From: an uncultured Coriobacteriales bacterium
GTDB lineage: Bacteria; Actinomycetota; Coriobacteriia; Anaerosomatales; CAVXGS01
DNA length: 64,000 nucleotides
NCBI GenBank assembly: GCA_963761535.1
Contig: CAVXGS010000002.1
Coordinates: 1,189,852-1,253,851, forward strand
Direction of reading: 5' to 3'
Position 1 is the first letter of the stretch, and each line of letters opens with the position of its first letter. The position numbers and the translations under genes were made by a program. Below the pieces are notes generated by a model. That model had not been told where the DNA came from. It worked only from the letters and a program-made list of their open reading frames with translations, and searched no databases. Of this stretch, positions 43,085-52,477 are shown piece after piece.

Positions 43085-43942
43085 GTGCAGACCCGTCCCC
43101 GTCTCGGCCACATCCAGTTCATCAACTGCCTGCCGCTGTACTACGGCATGGTTAAGAACGACGTCCTGCTCGACGTCGACCTCGTGAAGGCGAATCCCGC
43201 GGACCTGGCCGTCGATCTCGTCGGAGGCTCGCTCGATCTCGCCCCCATCCCCGCCATCGAGTACGCACGGCACGCCGACGATCTCGTGCTCCTGCCCGAC
43301 ATCGCGATCTCCTCGGACGGCGAGGTCCAGTCGATCCTGCTGGTGTCGAAGCTGCCCGCCGAGGAGCTCTCGGGCCGGACCGTCGCGCTCGCGGCGAACT
43401 CCCGCACGTCGCAGGTCCTCGCCCGCGTCCTGCTCGAGCAGCGGTGGGGCGTGACGCCCGAGTACACCGAGATGCCACCCGACCTTCCCGCGATGCTCCG
43501 CGACGCGGACGCTGCACTGCTGATCGGCGACGAGGCGATCCGGACCTACTGGGAGCCGCCCGAGAACCTGCACACCTACGACCTGGGCACTGAGTGGAGG
43601 GCGTGGACCGGACTGCCGATGGTGTACGCGGTGTGGGCAGTCCGCGGCGACTACGCTGCCGAGCAACCCGAAGCGGTCGCCGAGGTGCGCGACCTGCTCA
43701 ACGCCTCGCTCGGGTACTGCCGGGTCCACCTCGACGACATCTCCGAGTACGCCGCGCGCTGGGAGCCCTTCCCCGCCGAGCGGTTCCGCAGCTATTTCGA
43801 CGCGCTCAAGTTCCGCTTCGACCCGCCGTACCGCGAGGGCCTGCGGCGGTACCTCACCGAGGCGGCATCCATCGGACAGCTGGAGCGCGTTCCGGAGCTG
43901 CGCGTCTTCGGCGAGTACGTGGACTCGGAGGCGGCCCGGTGA
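43085..43942 (+). CDS. mqnA: chorismate dehydratase (futalosine pathway)
   Basis: RLGHIQFINCLPLYYG...LAPIPAIEY...ISSDGEVQSILLVSK...TSQVLARVLL is the MqnA/VitK2_biosynth pattern. GTG start. Confidence 0.8.
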   Translation: MQTRPRLGHIQFINCLPLYYGMVKNDVLLDVDLVKANPADLAVDLVGGSLDLAPIPAIEYARHADDLVLLPDIAISSDGEVQSILLVSKLPAEELSGRTVALAANSRTSQVLARVLLEQRWGVTPEYTEMPPDLPAMLRDADAALLIGDEAIRTYWEPPENLHTYDLGTEWRAWTGLPMVYAVWAVRGDYAAEQPEAVAEVRDLLNASLGYCRVHLDDISEYAARWEPFPAERFRSYFDALKFRFDPPYREGLRRYLTEAASIGQLERVPELRVFGEYVDSEAAR

Positions 43943-45111
43943 ACCGCGATCTGGACCGCCTCACCTACGACGAAACCCCCCGAGGCGAGCAGGCGGCCTA
44001 CGCCGCCGAACTCGCGCACGCCGTGGCCCGCGGGGCACAGCGGCTGACCGAAGCCGACGCCCTCCTGCTGCTCGAGACCGCCGATCTGCTCGACCTCGCG
44101 GCTGCCGCTGGCGAGATGCGTCGGCGGCTCGTACCCGGCGACGAGGTCACGTTCATCGTCGACCGCAACGTCAACTACACCAACGTCTGCGTCTCGGGAT
44201 GCCGCTTCTGCGCGTTCTACGCTTCCCCCGGCGACGAAGGCGCGTACGTCCTCACCCGCGGGGAGCTCGCCGAGAAGGTCCGCGAGACGATCGACCTCGA
44301 GGGCACGGCCATCCTGCTGCAGGGCGGCATGCACCCCGACCTCGACGTGGCGTGGTACGAGCAGATGCTCCGCGCCATCAAGGAGGACAACCCCGGGATC
44401 CACGTGCACGGCTTCGGACCGCCGGAGATCGTCCACATCTCGCGCCTCTCCGGCATCTCCGTCGAGGAAGTGCTCCGCCGGCTGCGCGACGCCGGGCTCG
44501 ATTCGCTTCCCGGCGGCGGCGCCGAGATCCTCGTCGACCGCGTCCGTAGCCACGTGTCGCCCAAGAAGGCGACGAGCGCCGAGTGGCTCGACGTGATGCG
44601 CGAGGCACACAAGCTCGACATCTCGACCACCGCGACGATGATGTTCGGCGGCCTCGAGACGCTCGACGAGCGGGTCACGCATCTCGCGCGCATCCGTCAG
44701 GTGCAGGACGAGGCGGTGGCTGGCGGGCACGTGGGCTTTCGGGCGTTCATCCCCTGGTCGTTCCAGCCTGGCAACACGCAGCTCGCGGCCGACGAGTACT
44801 CGGCGACCGGCGTGCCGCTCGACGCCGCGACGGGCTGGGAGTACCTCCGCACGCTCGCGGTATCTCGGCTGTTCCTCGACAACGTGCGCAACATCCAGGC
44901 GTCGTGGGTCACCCAGGGCGGGAAGATCGGGCAGGTCGCGCTGGTGTTCGGGAGCAACGACATGGGCTCGACGATGATCGAGGAGAACGTCGTCGCGGCG
45001 GCGGGAACGCGGTTCATGCTCGCGCGCGACGAACTCGTGCGCCTCATCCGTGACGCCGGGTTCACGCCGGTGCAGCGAGACACCCTCTACCGCGAGGTGC
45101 GCCGCTTCTAG
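43939..45111 (+). CDS. mqnC: cyclic dehypoxanthinyl futalosine synthase (radical SAM, MqnC-type)
   Basis: FIVDRNVNYTNVCVSGCRFCAFYA, LLQGGMHPD, GFRAFIPWSFQPGNT and GSTMIEENVVAAAG. GTG 43939 overlaps the mqnA stop (GTGA). Confidence 0.75.
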   Translation: MNRDLDRLTYDETPRGEQAAYAAELAHAVARGAQRLTEADALLLLETADLLDLAAAAGEMRRRLVPGDEVTFIVDRNVNYTNVCVSGCRFCAFYASPGDEGAYVLTRGELAEKVRETIDLEGTAILLQGGMHPDLDVAWYEQMLRAIKEDNPGIHVHGFGPPEIVHISRLSGISVEEVLRRLRDAGLDSLPGGGAEILVDRVRSHVSPKKATSAEWLDVMREAHKLDISTTATMMFGGLETLDERVTHLARIRQVQDEAVAGGHVGFRAFIPWSFQPGNTQLAADEYSATGVPLDAATGWEYLRTLAVSRLFLDNVRNIQASWVTQGGKIGQVALVFGSNDMGSTMIEENVVAAAGTRFMLARDELVRLIRDAGFTPVQRDTLYREVRRF

Positions 45112-46502
45112 ACCGCGGCGGTGGCGTCGGCGGCGGCGTCGGCGTGCGTGGTCTCTGCTTCGGCCGGAGGCGCCAGCCCTCGCAGCAGTCCGAACCCGAT
45201 GGCTCCCGCGAACGCCGACGTGAACAGCACCGCGATCTTCGCCTCGGCGAGCAGCACGGGGTCCTCGAACGCGAGCGTCGCGATGAAGAGCGACATCGTG
45301 AATCCGATGCCGGCCAAGATGCCGCCGCCCACCATCTGGCGCCACGTCACGCCGCGCGGTAGCTCGGACCACCCCATCCGCACCGCAAGCCACGAGAAGA
45401 GGCTGATGCCGAGCGGCTTGCCGACCAGCAGCCCGAAGAAGATGCCGAGAACGACGGGCTGGAGGATCAGGCGCTCGACGTCGAGGCCGACCAGGCGGAT
45501 GTCGGCGTTGGCCAGCGCGAACAGCGGCAGCACGAAGAACGTCGTGAACGGGTGCAGGGCGTGCTCCATCCGCTGCAAGGGCGACGCGATCTGCGGAGAC
45601 ATCCTGCGGATCTCGAACGCGGCTTCCTGCTGTGCGTCGTCGTCGAGCACGTGCGCGGCGGGGTCGTGGTGCTCCTCGATCTCGTCCAGCTTCTCGCGCG
45701 CGAACTCGCAGTAGTCGAGGGGCTGCATCCTCGAGCGGGTCGGGATCGTCATCGCCACGAGCACGCCGGCGATCGTCGCGTGCACGCCCGAGTTCAGGAA
45801 CGCGAACCACACCAGCACCCCGACGATCGCGAAGGGAACGGTGCTGTCGACACCCCAGCGATTGAGCAGCGCGAGCACCGCGATCAGCAGGGCAGCGACA
45901 CCGAGCCACCCCCACGCCACTCCGGCCGAGTAGAACACCGCGATCACCACGATGGCGCCGATGTCGTCAGCGATGGCCAGCGTCGTGAGGAACAGGCGGA
46001 GCTTTCCTGGCGCCCGGCTCCCAAGCGCGGCGAGCACCCCGAGGGCGAAGGCGATGTCGGTGGCCATCGGGACGCCCCAACCCCGCTCGCCAGGTCCCCC
46101 CGCGTTGAACGCCAGGAAGATGAGTGCCGGTGCGAGCATCCCCCCGAGAGCGGCGAACACGGGAAGGAACGCCTGCCGGGGTTTGGAGAGCTCTCCGACC
46201 ACGATCTCCCGCTTCACCTCGAGCCCGATGACGAAGAAGAAGATCGCCATCAGTCCGTCGTCGACCCAGTGCTTGAGCGATTGCTGGAAGTCCCAGCTGC
46301 CGATGGTCAGTCCGATCTCGGTATGCAGGACCCGCTCGAGGGCGCCGTAGGCGTCGGTGTTCGCGAGCACGAGGGCGACAACGGTGGCCACCAGCAGGAC
46401 CACGCTGCCGGCGATCTCCAGCTTCATGAACGCCGAGAAGTCGTCCCGCACGCCGCCGAGCCCGCGGGGCCAGCGTGGTGCGCGCACCTTCGCCTCGCTC
46501 AT
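45108..46502 (-). CDS. nhaA: Na+/H+ antiporter NhaA
   Basis: 464-aa polytopic ORF with DDGLMAIFFFVIGLEVKRE, WGVPMATDIAFALGVL and TLAIADDIGAIVVIAVFY. Its stop shares the CTAG tetranucleotide with the convergent mqnC stop. Confidence 0.9.
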   Translation of the reverse strand: MSEAKVRAPRWPRGLGGVRDDFSAFMKLEIAGSVVLLVATVVALVLANTDAYGALERVLHTEIGLTIGSWDFQQSLKHWVDDGLMAIFFFVIGLEVKREIVVGELSKPRQAFLPVFAALGGMLAPALIFLAFNAGGPGERGWGVPMATDIAFALGVLAALGSRAPGKLRLFLTTLAIADDIGAIVVIAVFYSAGVAWGWLGVAALLIAVLALLNRWGVDSTVPFAIVGVLVWFAFLNSGVHATIAGVLVAMTIPTRSRMQPLDYCEFAREKLDEIEEHHDPAAHVLDDDAQQEAAFEIRRMSPQIASPLQRMEHALHPFTTFFVLPLFALANADIRLVGLDVERLILQPVVLGIFFGLLVGKPLGISLFSWLAVRMGWSELPRGVTWRQMVGGGILAGIGFTMSLFIATLAFEDPVLLAEAKIAVLFTSAFAGAIGFGLLRGLAPPAEAETTHADAAADATAAV

Positions 46503-46671
46503 CTCGCGGCGCCCTCGCTTCCTCGTCGCTCCCCTGCGGCGCGCGGGCTGCTACTCGAACGCGCGGCCGCGCGGGGCCCGCCTCGGCTGGCGCCGGCAGG
46601 CGGGCGGCCCCCGCAATTGTGGCAGACGGACGCCACACCGCGACAACCGCGCCTGATGGCGCGAGCGTGGA

Positions 46672-49227
46672 TTACGCGAGCCCGAGCCGAGCGCGCACGC
46701 CCTTGGTGATGGATTGGCGAGCCGAGCCGATGTCAGCCCACGGGTCGGGCATCGCGAGGCGCGGGCCGACGTTGAGCACCGTGAACTCGGGGCGCTCGGG
46801 CATCTCGGCGAGCTCCTCCCACGACAGCGGCACCGAGATGGGCGCGCCGGGTCTCGCTCGCGTGGAGAACGGCGCGATCGCCGTCGCCCCGCGGCTGTTG
46901 CGCAGGTAGTCGATGAAGATCTTGCCTGTCCGCTCGGCTTTGCGCATGTTCGCGGTGAACATCCTCGGCTCGATGGCGACGATCGAGTCGACGAACGCAC
47001 GTGCGAAGTCCTTGGCCGGCCCCCACTCGAGTCGGCGAGTGACGGGTAGGACGACGTGGAGTCCCTTCCCACCGGTCGACTTGACCCAGGAGTCGAGGCC
47101 GAGCCGCTGCAGTTCGCTTCGCAGCAGCATCGCCGTCGCGGCGAGCTGCGACCACGGCAGATCGGTATCGGGATCGAGGTCGAACACGATCCTGTCCGGC
47201 TTCTCGATCTCGTCCTCCCGAGACCCCCACGGATGCATCTCGAGCACGCCCATCTGCGCGAGCCCGACGATGCCGCCCAAGTCGTGCACCACCGCGTAGG
47301 GCAGCTTCTCGGCCCCCGGTTCCGCGATGCGCACCGTGTCGACCGACTTCGGGAAGTTCTCGACGTGCTTCTGGTAGAAGCACTCGCCCGTGTAGCCCTG
47401 GGGGCAGCGCACCAGCGACAGCGGCCGGCCTGCGATGTGCGGCAGCATGCGCTCGGCGACCTGTTCGTAGTACCGCGCGAGCCCGAGCTTCGTGAACGGG
47501 ACGTCGGGCCAGAGCACCCGGTCCGGGTTCGTCAGCTGAACGCCGGCCACCGTCGCCTGGTCGGCCTCCGTGGCCTGGGCCGCACCCCCACCGGCGGGCT
47601 TCGAGGCCGTGGCCACCGCGTCCGCCTCGCTCGCCGAGGGCGTCTCGGCGGGGCTCTCGATCACGATCTCGTCGGCCGCCTTGTCCTCGCGCAGGCCGGA
47701 GAAGGACGGGTGTCGTAACGAGCCGTCCTCGGTGAACTCGGCGAAGGCGACCTCGACGACAAGACGAGGCTCGACCCAGTGGATGCCCTTGGCCTCGACC
47801 CCCTTCGGCGGGTTGACGACCGGCGGGGCATCACGCTCGAGCGGCTGCAGCTGGGCGTAGAGGTCTTCGAGACTGGCCTCGGTGAACCCGGTCCCGACGC
47901 GACCGACGTAGGTGAGCCCCTTTTCGGTGTTCGCCGCCACTCCCAACGCGCCGAACTTGCTGCGGCTGCCGCCGGGATCGGTGAATGCGACCACCACGAA
48001 CTCCTGCTCGAGCAGGCACTTCGACTTCAGCCAGTCGTGTCCGCGCCCGGAGCGGTACGTGCTGCCCCTGCGCTTGGACACCACGCCCTCGAGGGAGTAC
48101 TCGCACGCCCGCGCGTAGAACACGTCGCCGTGCCCGTCGATGTGGTCGGTGTAGTGGAGTATCGGGTCGCGTTCGGGGACGACGGCCCGCAGCAGCTCCT
48201 TGCGATGCTCGAGCGTGCAGCGCCGCAGGTCATAGCCGTCGAGGTAGAGCAGGTCGAACGCGAAGTACTCGAGGGTGGCCGCCCTCCCCCGCTTCACGTA
48301 GTTCTGGAGCGCCTGGAAGTCGGTCGTGCCGTCGGCGCGCTGCACCACCATCTCGCCGTCCAGCACAGCCGAGTCGATCTCGAGCCGTTTGAGAGCTTCG
48401 GCCACCGCCGAGAACCGCTCGGTCCAGTCGATGCCGTTGCGGCTGATCAGCCGCACCTCGCCCGCGTGCAACCGTGCGAGGATCCGGTAGCCGTCGAACT
48501 TCACCTCGTGGATCCACTGGTCGCCCTCGGGTACCTGCTTCACGAGCGTCGCGAGTTCGACGTCGAGCCTCGAGGGCATCGCAGCCAGCTCCGCACCGGG
48601 GACCTGCGCCAGGTCCGGCAGCGCGGGGTGCGAAGCCGAGTGCCACACCGCGTCGATGTCGGCGGCTATCTGCTCCATCGTCCGCCCGGTCGAGACGCTC
48701 GTCATCCACTCCTTGGTGGCGTCGAACTCCGACCGCGGACGGACCTCCTCGTCGCGCTCCTTGAACAGCAGCCAGCTGTCCCGGTTCCCGCCGTAGCCCT
48801 TGGTGCGGACGAGCATCCACTTGCCACGCAGGCGCTCTCCGTACAGGTAGAACTTGAGGTGCCCTTGCGCGAGATGCTCGGCAGGATCGCCGTGGTCGGG
48901 CACCCACGTCCCGAGGTCCCACAGCATCACGGTGCCGCCACCGTACTCGCCCTTGGGGATCACCCCCTCGAACGTCCCGTACTCCAGCGGATGGTCCTCG
49001 ACGTGCATCGCGAGGCGTTTGTCCGCCGTGTCGAGCGAGGGCCCCTTCGGCACCGCCCACGACAGCAGGACACCCCCGAGCTCGATGCGGAAGTCCCAGT
49101 GCAGACGCGACGCGGCATGCTTCTGGATGACGTAGAGCAGCCCCTCGTGGGGCATGGGCTCTTCACCTGTGGGCTCGGGCGTCTTGCCGAAGTCGCGTTT
49201 GTGCCGGTACTCCTCGAGGGGTGTCAC
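46672..49227 (-). CDS. ligD: multidomain NHEJ ligase LigD (3'-phosphoesterase - ATP-dependent ligase - polymerase/primase)
   Basis: PE domain (KRDFGKTPEP...YVIQKHAASRLHWDFRIE...WAVPKGPS), ligase adenylation motif HEVKFDGYR and polymerase domain (LTNPDRVLWP...GRPLSLVRCPQG...FYQKH). GTG start overlaps the ku stop. Confidence 0.9.
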   Translation of the reverse strand: MTPLEEYRHKRDFGKTPEPTGEEPMPHEGLLYVIQKHAASRLHWDFRIELGGVLLSWAVPKGPSLDTADKRLAMHVEDHPLEYGTFEGVIPKGEYGGGTVMLWDLGTWVPDHGDPAEHLAQGHLKFYLYGERLRGKWMLVRTKGYGGNRDSWLLFKERDEEVRPRSEFDATKEWMTSVSTGRTMEQIAADIDAVWHSASHPALPDLAQVPGAELAAMPSRLDVELATLVKQVPEGDQWIHEVKFDGYRILARLHAGEVRLISRNGIDWTERFSAVAEALKRLEIDSAVLDGEMVVQRADGTTDFQALQNYVKRGRAATLEYFAFDLLYLDGYDLRRCTLEHRKELLRAVVPERDPILHYTDHIDGHGDVFYARACEYSLEGVVSKRRGSTYRSGRGHDWLKSKCLLEQEFVVVAFTDPGGSRSKFGALGVAANTEKGLTYVGRVGTGFTEASLEDLYAQLQPLERDAPPVVNPPKGVEAKGIHWVEPRLVVEVAFAEFTEDGSLRHPSFSGLREDKAADEIVIESPAETPSASEADAVATASKPAGGGAAQATEADQATVAGVQLTNPDRVLWPDVPFTKLGLARYYEQVAERMLPHIAGRPLSLVRCPQGYTGECFYQKHVENFPKSVDTVRIAEPGAEKLPYAVVHDLGGIVGLAQMGVLEMHPWGSREDEIEKPDRIVFDLDPDTDLPWSQLAATAMLLRSELQRLGLDSWVKSTGGKGLHVVLPVTRRLEWGPAKDFARAFVDSIVAIEPRMFTANMRKAERTGKIFIDYLRNSRGATAIAPFSTRARPGAPISVPLSWEELAEMPERPEFTVLNVGPRLAMPDPWADIGSARQSITKGVRARLGLA

Positions 49228-50132
49228 GCCTGCTTCCTCTTCGACTTCGCCGAGTCACCCTCGGCCGAGCCGGCCGAGTCCCCACTCGCAGTCTCCTCGG
49301 TGCCGCCGGAATCGGCGCCCAGACCGGGCTTCTCGGCCTCGGCGGCTTCGACGCTTCGGCGCAGGAGATCCATGATGTCGACCACCTGGCCGGTGGGTGC
49401 GGGCGGCTTGCCGGGCATCTCCGTGATCGTGCGGCCGCCCGCCTCGACCTTGGCCTTGATGAGGTCGAGCATGTCGTTGCGGAAGGTGTCCTCGTACTGG
49501 TCGGGGTTCCACTGCTCGACGAGCGCTCCGATCAACTGCTCGGCGAGCGCGACCTCCTTCTCGCTGACGCCGACCTCGCCCAAGTCCGCCGAGGGCAGGT
49601 CGAGCTCCGAGGCGCTCCGGAGCTCATTCGCGTAGCGCAGCAGGTCGAGCACGAGTGCGTCGCCCTCGGGAACGAGCGCGGCAAGGTACTGGCGGGTGCG
49701 GATCACGACACGAGCGACCGCGATCTGACCGTTCTTCTTCAGAACCTCGCGCAGCAGCGCGTAGGGCTTGCGGCCGGCGGTCTCGGGGACGATGTAGTAC
49801 GGCTTCTCGAAGAACACCGGCTCGATGCAGTCCCGACACACGACCGCGACTATGTCGATGGTATGGGTCGCCTTGGGGTTCGCGGCCTCGATCTCCTCGG
49901 GCTCGAGCACCACGTACCGGCCGCTCTCGTACTCGTAGCCCTTCACGATGTCGTCGAAGGGGACCTCTTCGCCGGTGGACTCATCCACCCGCTTCTGCCG
50001 CACCCGCGACATCGTCTTCTTGTCGAGCATGTGGAAGTTGATGTCGGACTTGGTGTCCTCGGCGGAGACCAGACCCACGGGGATGGTGACCAGTCCGAAG
50101 GAGATCGCGCCCTTCCAGATCGCACGCGCCAT
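49224..50132 (-). CDS. ku: Ku DNA end-binding protein
   Basis: MARAIWKGAISFGLVTIPVGLVSA... is the canonical bacterial Ku N-terminus. It has a basic/low-complexity C-terminal tail. GGAGG upstream. Confidence 0.9.
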   Translation of the reverse strand: MARAIWKGAISFGLVTIPVGLVSAEDTKSDINFHMLDKKTMSRVRQKRVDESTGEEVPFDDIVKGYEYESGRYVVLEPEEIEAANPKATHTIDIVAVVCRDCIEPVFFEKPYYIVPETAGRKPYALLREVLKKNGQIAVARVVIRTRQYLAALVPEGDALVLDLLRYANELRSASELDLPSADLGEVGVSEKEVALAEQLIGALVEQWNPDQYEDTFRNDMLDLIKAKVEAGGRTITEMPGKPPAPTGQVVDIMDLLRRSVEAAEAEKPGLGADSGGTEETASGDSAGSAEGDSAKSKRKQA

Positions 50133-50315
50133 TGAAGACCTCCGTGTTCTCGAACGCGACGTTCTCCCAGTATGTGCCCTAGTTGTAACCGGATTCGTGC
50201 GCCATGCCGCACATCACGGCAGCGCCCATTCTCCGTCGCAGTCTCGCTGGCGTCTCGGCCGGTCAGGTGGTGCCGGCAAGTGCCTTCGGGTAGCCTCTAG
50301 CCGAAGGAGGAGCCC

Positions 50316-51174
50316 ATGCCGGAGCAGCTCGTACCCCCAGCTCAGATCGGTGTCATCGGTGGGAGCGGGTCCCTGTCGTTCGAGTTCCCCGCCGCACTCG
50401 GGGACGACCGGGTCGAGGTCCTCGCCGAGAACCTCGTCTTCGACACACCGTTCGGGCGCTCTCCAGCGCTCACGCACTTCCGCGTGACCGGCTCCCGCGG
50501 CCCACGCGAGGCGCTGGCGGTGAAGATGCACGGGTGGCGGCGCGGCGTGAAGCGCGCCGACGCGTCGCTGCAGCTGTTCTGGGTGTTCGCAGAGGCGGGA
50601 ATCTCGAAGGTCGTCGCCGACGGCGGGGTGGGATCGCTCAACCACCTGCTCGACCCGCGCGACGTCCTGGTCCCCAACGACTTCATCGACCTCACCGCCC
50701 GCCAGGACATCTACGTGCGCGGCGACCACCTGCTCATCATGCGGCGGCCCGATCTGTCCCGAACTCTCGGATCACCTGCTCCGAGGCGCCAATGAGTCCG
50801 GCGCGTTCCCGCGCGTCTTCGGGCGCGGCACCTACCTCGTCACTGACGGCCCTCGGTTCGAGTCGGTGGCCGAGGTCGACTACATGAAGCGGCTCGGCGC
50901 GGACGTGATCGGCCAGTCGCTCGCCCCCGAGGTGTTCCTCGCGCGCGACATCGGTGCCTGCTTCGCCGGCATCTACATCGTCGTCAACTACGGCGAGGGC
51001 GTGGTCAAGGAGTGGGAGCACGCAGAGCTGAAAGCGATCTTCTTCGAGGAGTCCGAGACCATCGCACGCATCGTCCTCGACACCGTCGCCGAGGCCGACC
51101 TCGATGCCGACTGCGGCTGCATGGAACACCGCAAGCCGTCGCTGCTCTCGATTCCCGACGAGCGCTCGTCCTAG
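50316..51174 (+). pseudogene. MTAP-family (5'-methylthioadenosine / 6-oxopurine nucleoside) phosphorylase with one frame break at a C-run
   Basis: IGVIGGSG...FDTPFG...HGW in ORF 50316..50795. After ...HLLIMRRP the sequence continues one frame over as ICPELSDHLL...GTYLVTDGPRFESVAEVDYMKRLGADVIGQS (joins ORF 50866..51174). Dropping one C of CCC at 50748-50750 restores MRRPICPEL. Length 859 nt (3n+1). Confidence 0.75.
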
Positions 51175-51187
51175 CGGGAGCCACACA

Positions 51188-52477
51188 GTGCTGCTAACCG
51201 CCGACTGGGCCCTGCCCATCTCGCGCCGTCCAATCCCCCAGGGCGCCGTCCTGGTCCGCGGCGACCACATCGCCGAGATCGGTCCGAGCGACGAACTCGT
51301 TGCCCGCTACCCCGCCGAGGAGCGCGTCGAGCTGCGCGGGTGCGTTCTCATGCCGGGGCTCGTGAACGCCCACACCCACTTGGGACTCTCGGCGGTGGAC
51401 GGGCTGCTCGAACCGGCACCGTTCACCGACTGGCTTCCGCAGATCGTCGCTGCGATGCGGGCGTGGACCGCGGAGGACTACGCCGCGTCGACGGCACTGG
51501 GCGCGGCGCGATCGCTCGCGGCGGGCGTCACCGTCGTCGGCGACATCGCATACAACATGCCCTCGGTCGAAGCCGCCGCCGCGACGGGGCTCGCGGGCAC
51601 GTTCTTCTTCGAGGTGCTCGGCATCCAGCCCCGTGCCCTCGATGCGAGGCTCGACGAACTCGGGTTCGGCGACTGCCGGGGGTTGGCTCCCCGCATCAGG
51701 TGCGGCCTCTCGCCACACACGCTGTACTCGTCGGGTCCGAGCCTGCTCCGTGCCGTCGCTGCCCTCGCACGCGACCGCGAGCTGCCCATTGCCCTCCACG
51801 TGGGAGAGACCAGCGCCGAGGCCGAACTCGTGCAGAGCGGCGGCGGCGGTCTCGCTCCGGTCGCACACAAGCTCGCGCCCGACTTCCGGCCCGACGGCAG
51901 CACGCCGGTGGCATACCTGGACCGGCTCGGCGTGCTCGACGGCGCCACCGCGATCCACCTCTGCCAGACCTGGCCGAGCGACGTCGCGAGACTCGCGGCC
52001 ACGACGAGGGGCGCAGTGACGTGCCCGCGCTCGAACGCGTGGCTGCACAACGGCATCGCCCCGGTCGAAGCGATGATCGCGGCCGGCGTTCCGGTGGGAC
52101 TGGGCACCGACTCTCTCGCCAGCACTCCCGACCTCGACCTCATGGAAGAGGCCCGCGCGTTGCTCGGGCACTTCCCCCGGCTCACGCCCGCGAGTCTGCT
52201 CGAGATGCTCACGCTGCACGGGGCCGTCGCCATCGGGGCGGAGGAGCGATTCGGGGCGCTGGAGCCCGGCATGCAAGCGGACGTCGTTGCCTACCGCCTC
52301 GCAGCAGACAGCGACCCGGAGGCGGCAGTGGTCGCGCATGCCGGAGCGAGTGTGGTGGAAGCCGTGATCACCGGAGGCGAGTGGCGCGTGCGGGACGGGG
52401 TCGGGCTGCTCGACACGGCAGCGATCGAAGCGGCGGCAGCGGAGGCCAGGGCGAAGGCGGCGGAGGCCCTCGGCTGA
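51188..52477 (+). CDS. amidohydrolase-superfamily nucleoside/nucleobase deaminase-like enzyme
   Basis: Metal-binding LMPGLVNAHTHLGLS, then HVGETSAE and LGTDSLAS. GTG 51188 lies 13 nt after the MTAP-like stop, preceded by GCGGGAG. Confidence 0.7.
   Translation: MLLTADWALPISRRPIPQGAVLVRGDHIAEIGPSDELVARYPAEERVELRGCVLMPGLVNAHTHLGLSAVDGLLEPAPFTDWLPQIVAAMRAWTAEDYAASTALGAARSLAAGVTVVGDIAYNMPSVEAAAATGLAGTFFFEVLGIQPRALDARLDELGFGDCRGLAPRIRCGLSPHTLYSSGPSLLRAVAALARDRELPIALHVGETSAEAELVQSGGGGLAPVAHKLAPDFRPDGSTPVAYLDRLGVLDGATAIHLCQTWPSDVARLAATTRGAVTCPRSNAWLHNGIAPVEAMIAAGVPVGLGTDSLASTPDLDLMEEARALLGHFPRLTPASLLEMLTLHGAVAIGAEERFGALEPGMQADVVAYRLAADSDPEAAVVAHAGASVVEAVITGGEWRVRDGVGLLDTAAIEAAAAEARAKAAEALG

Noticed and set aside
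45108-45111. 4-nt convergent overlap of mqnC and nhaA stops (shared CTAG), and the 14-nt cca/folE overlap
   Set aside because: These are real in the sequence but are an ordinary consequence of compact gene packing. They are not evidence for antisense regulation.
50150-50166. LexA/SOS-box-like sequence TCGAAC-gcgac-GTTCTC just upstream of ku-ligD
   Set aside because: The first half-site matches the actinobacterial TCGAAC-N4-GTTCGA consensus. However the spacer is 5 nt rather than 4, and the second half matches only 4 of 6 positions. That is too weak to call without a genome-wide motif model.
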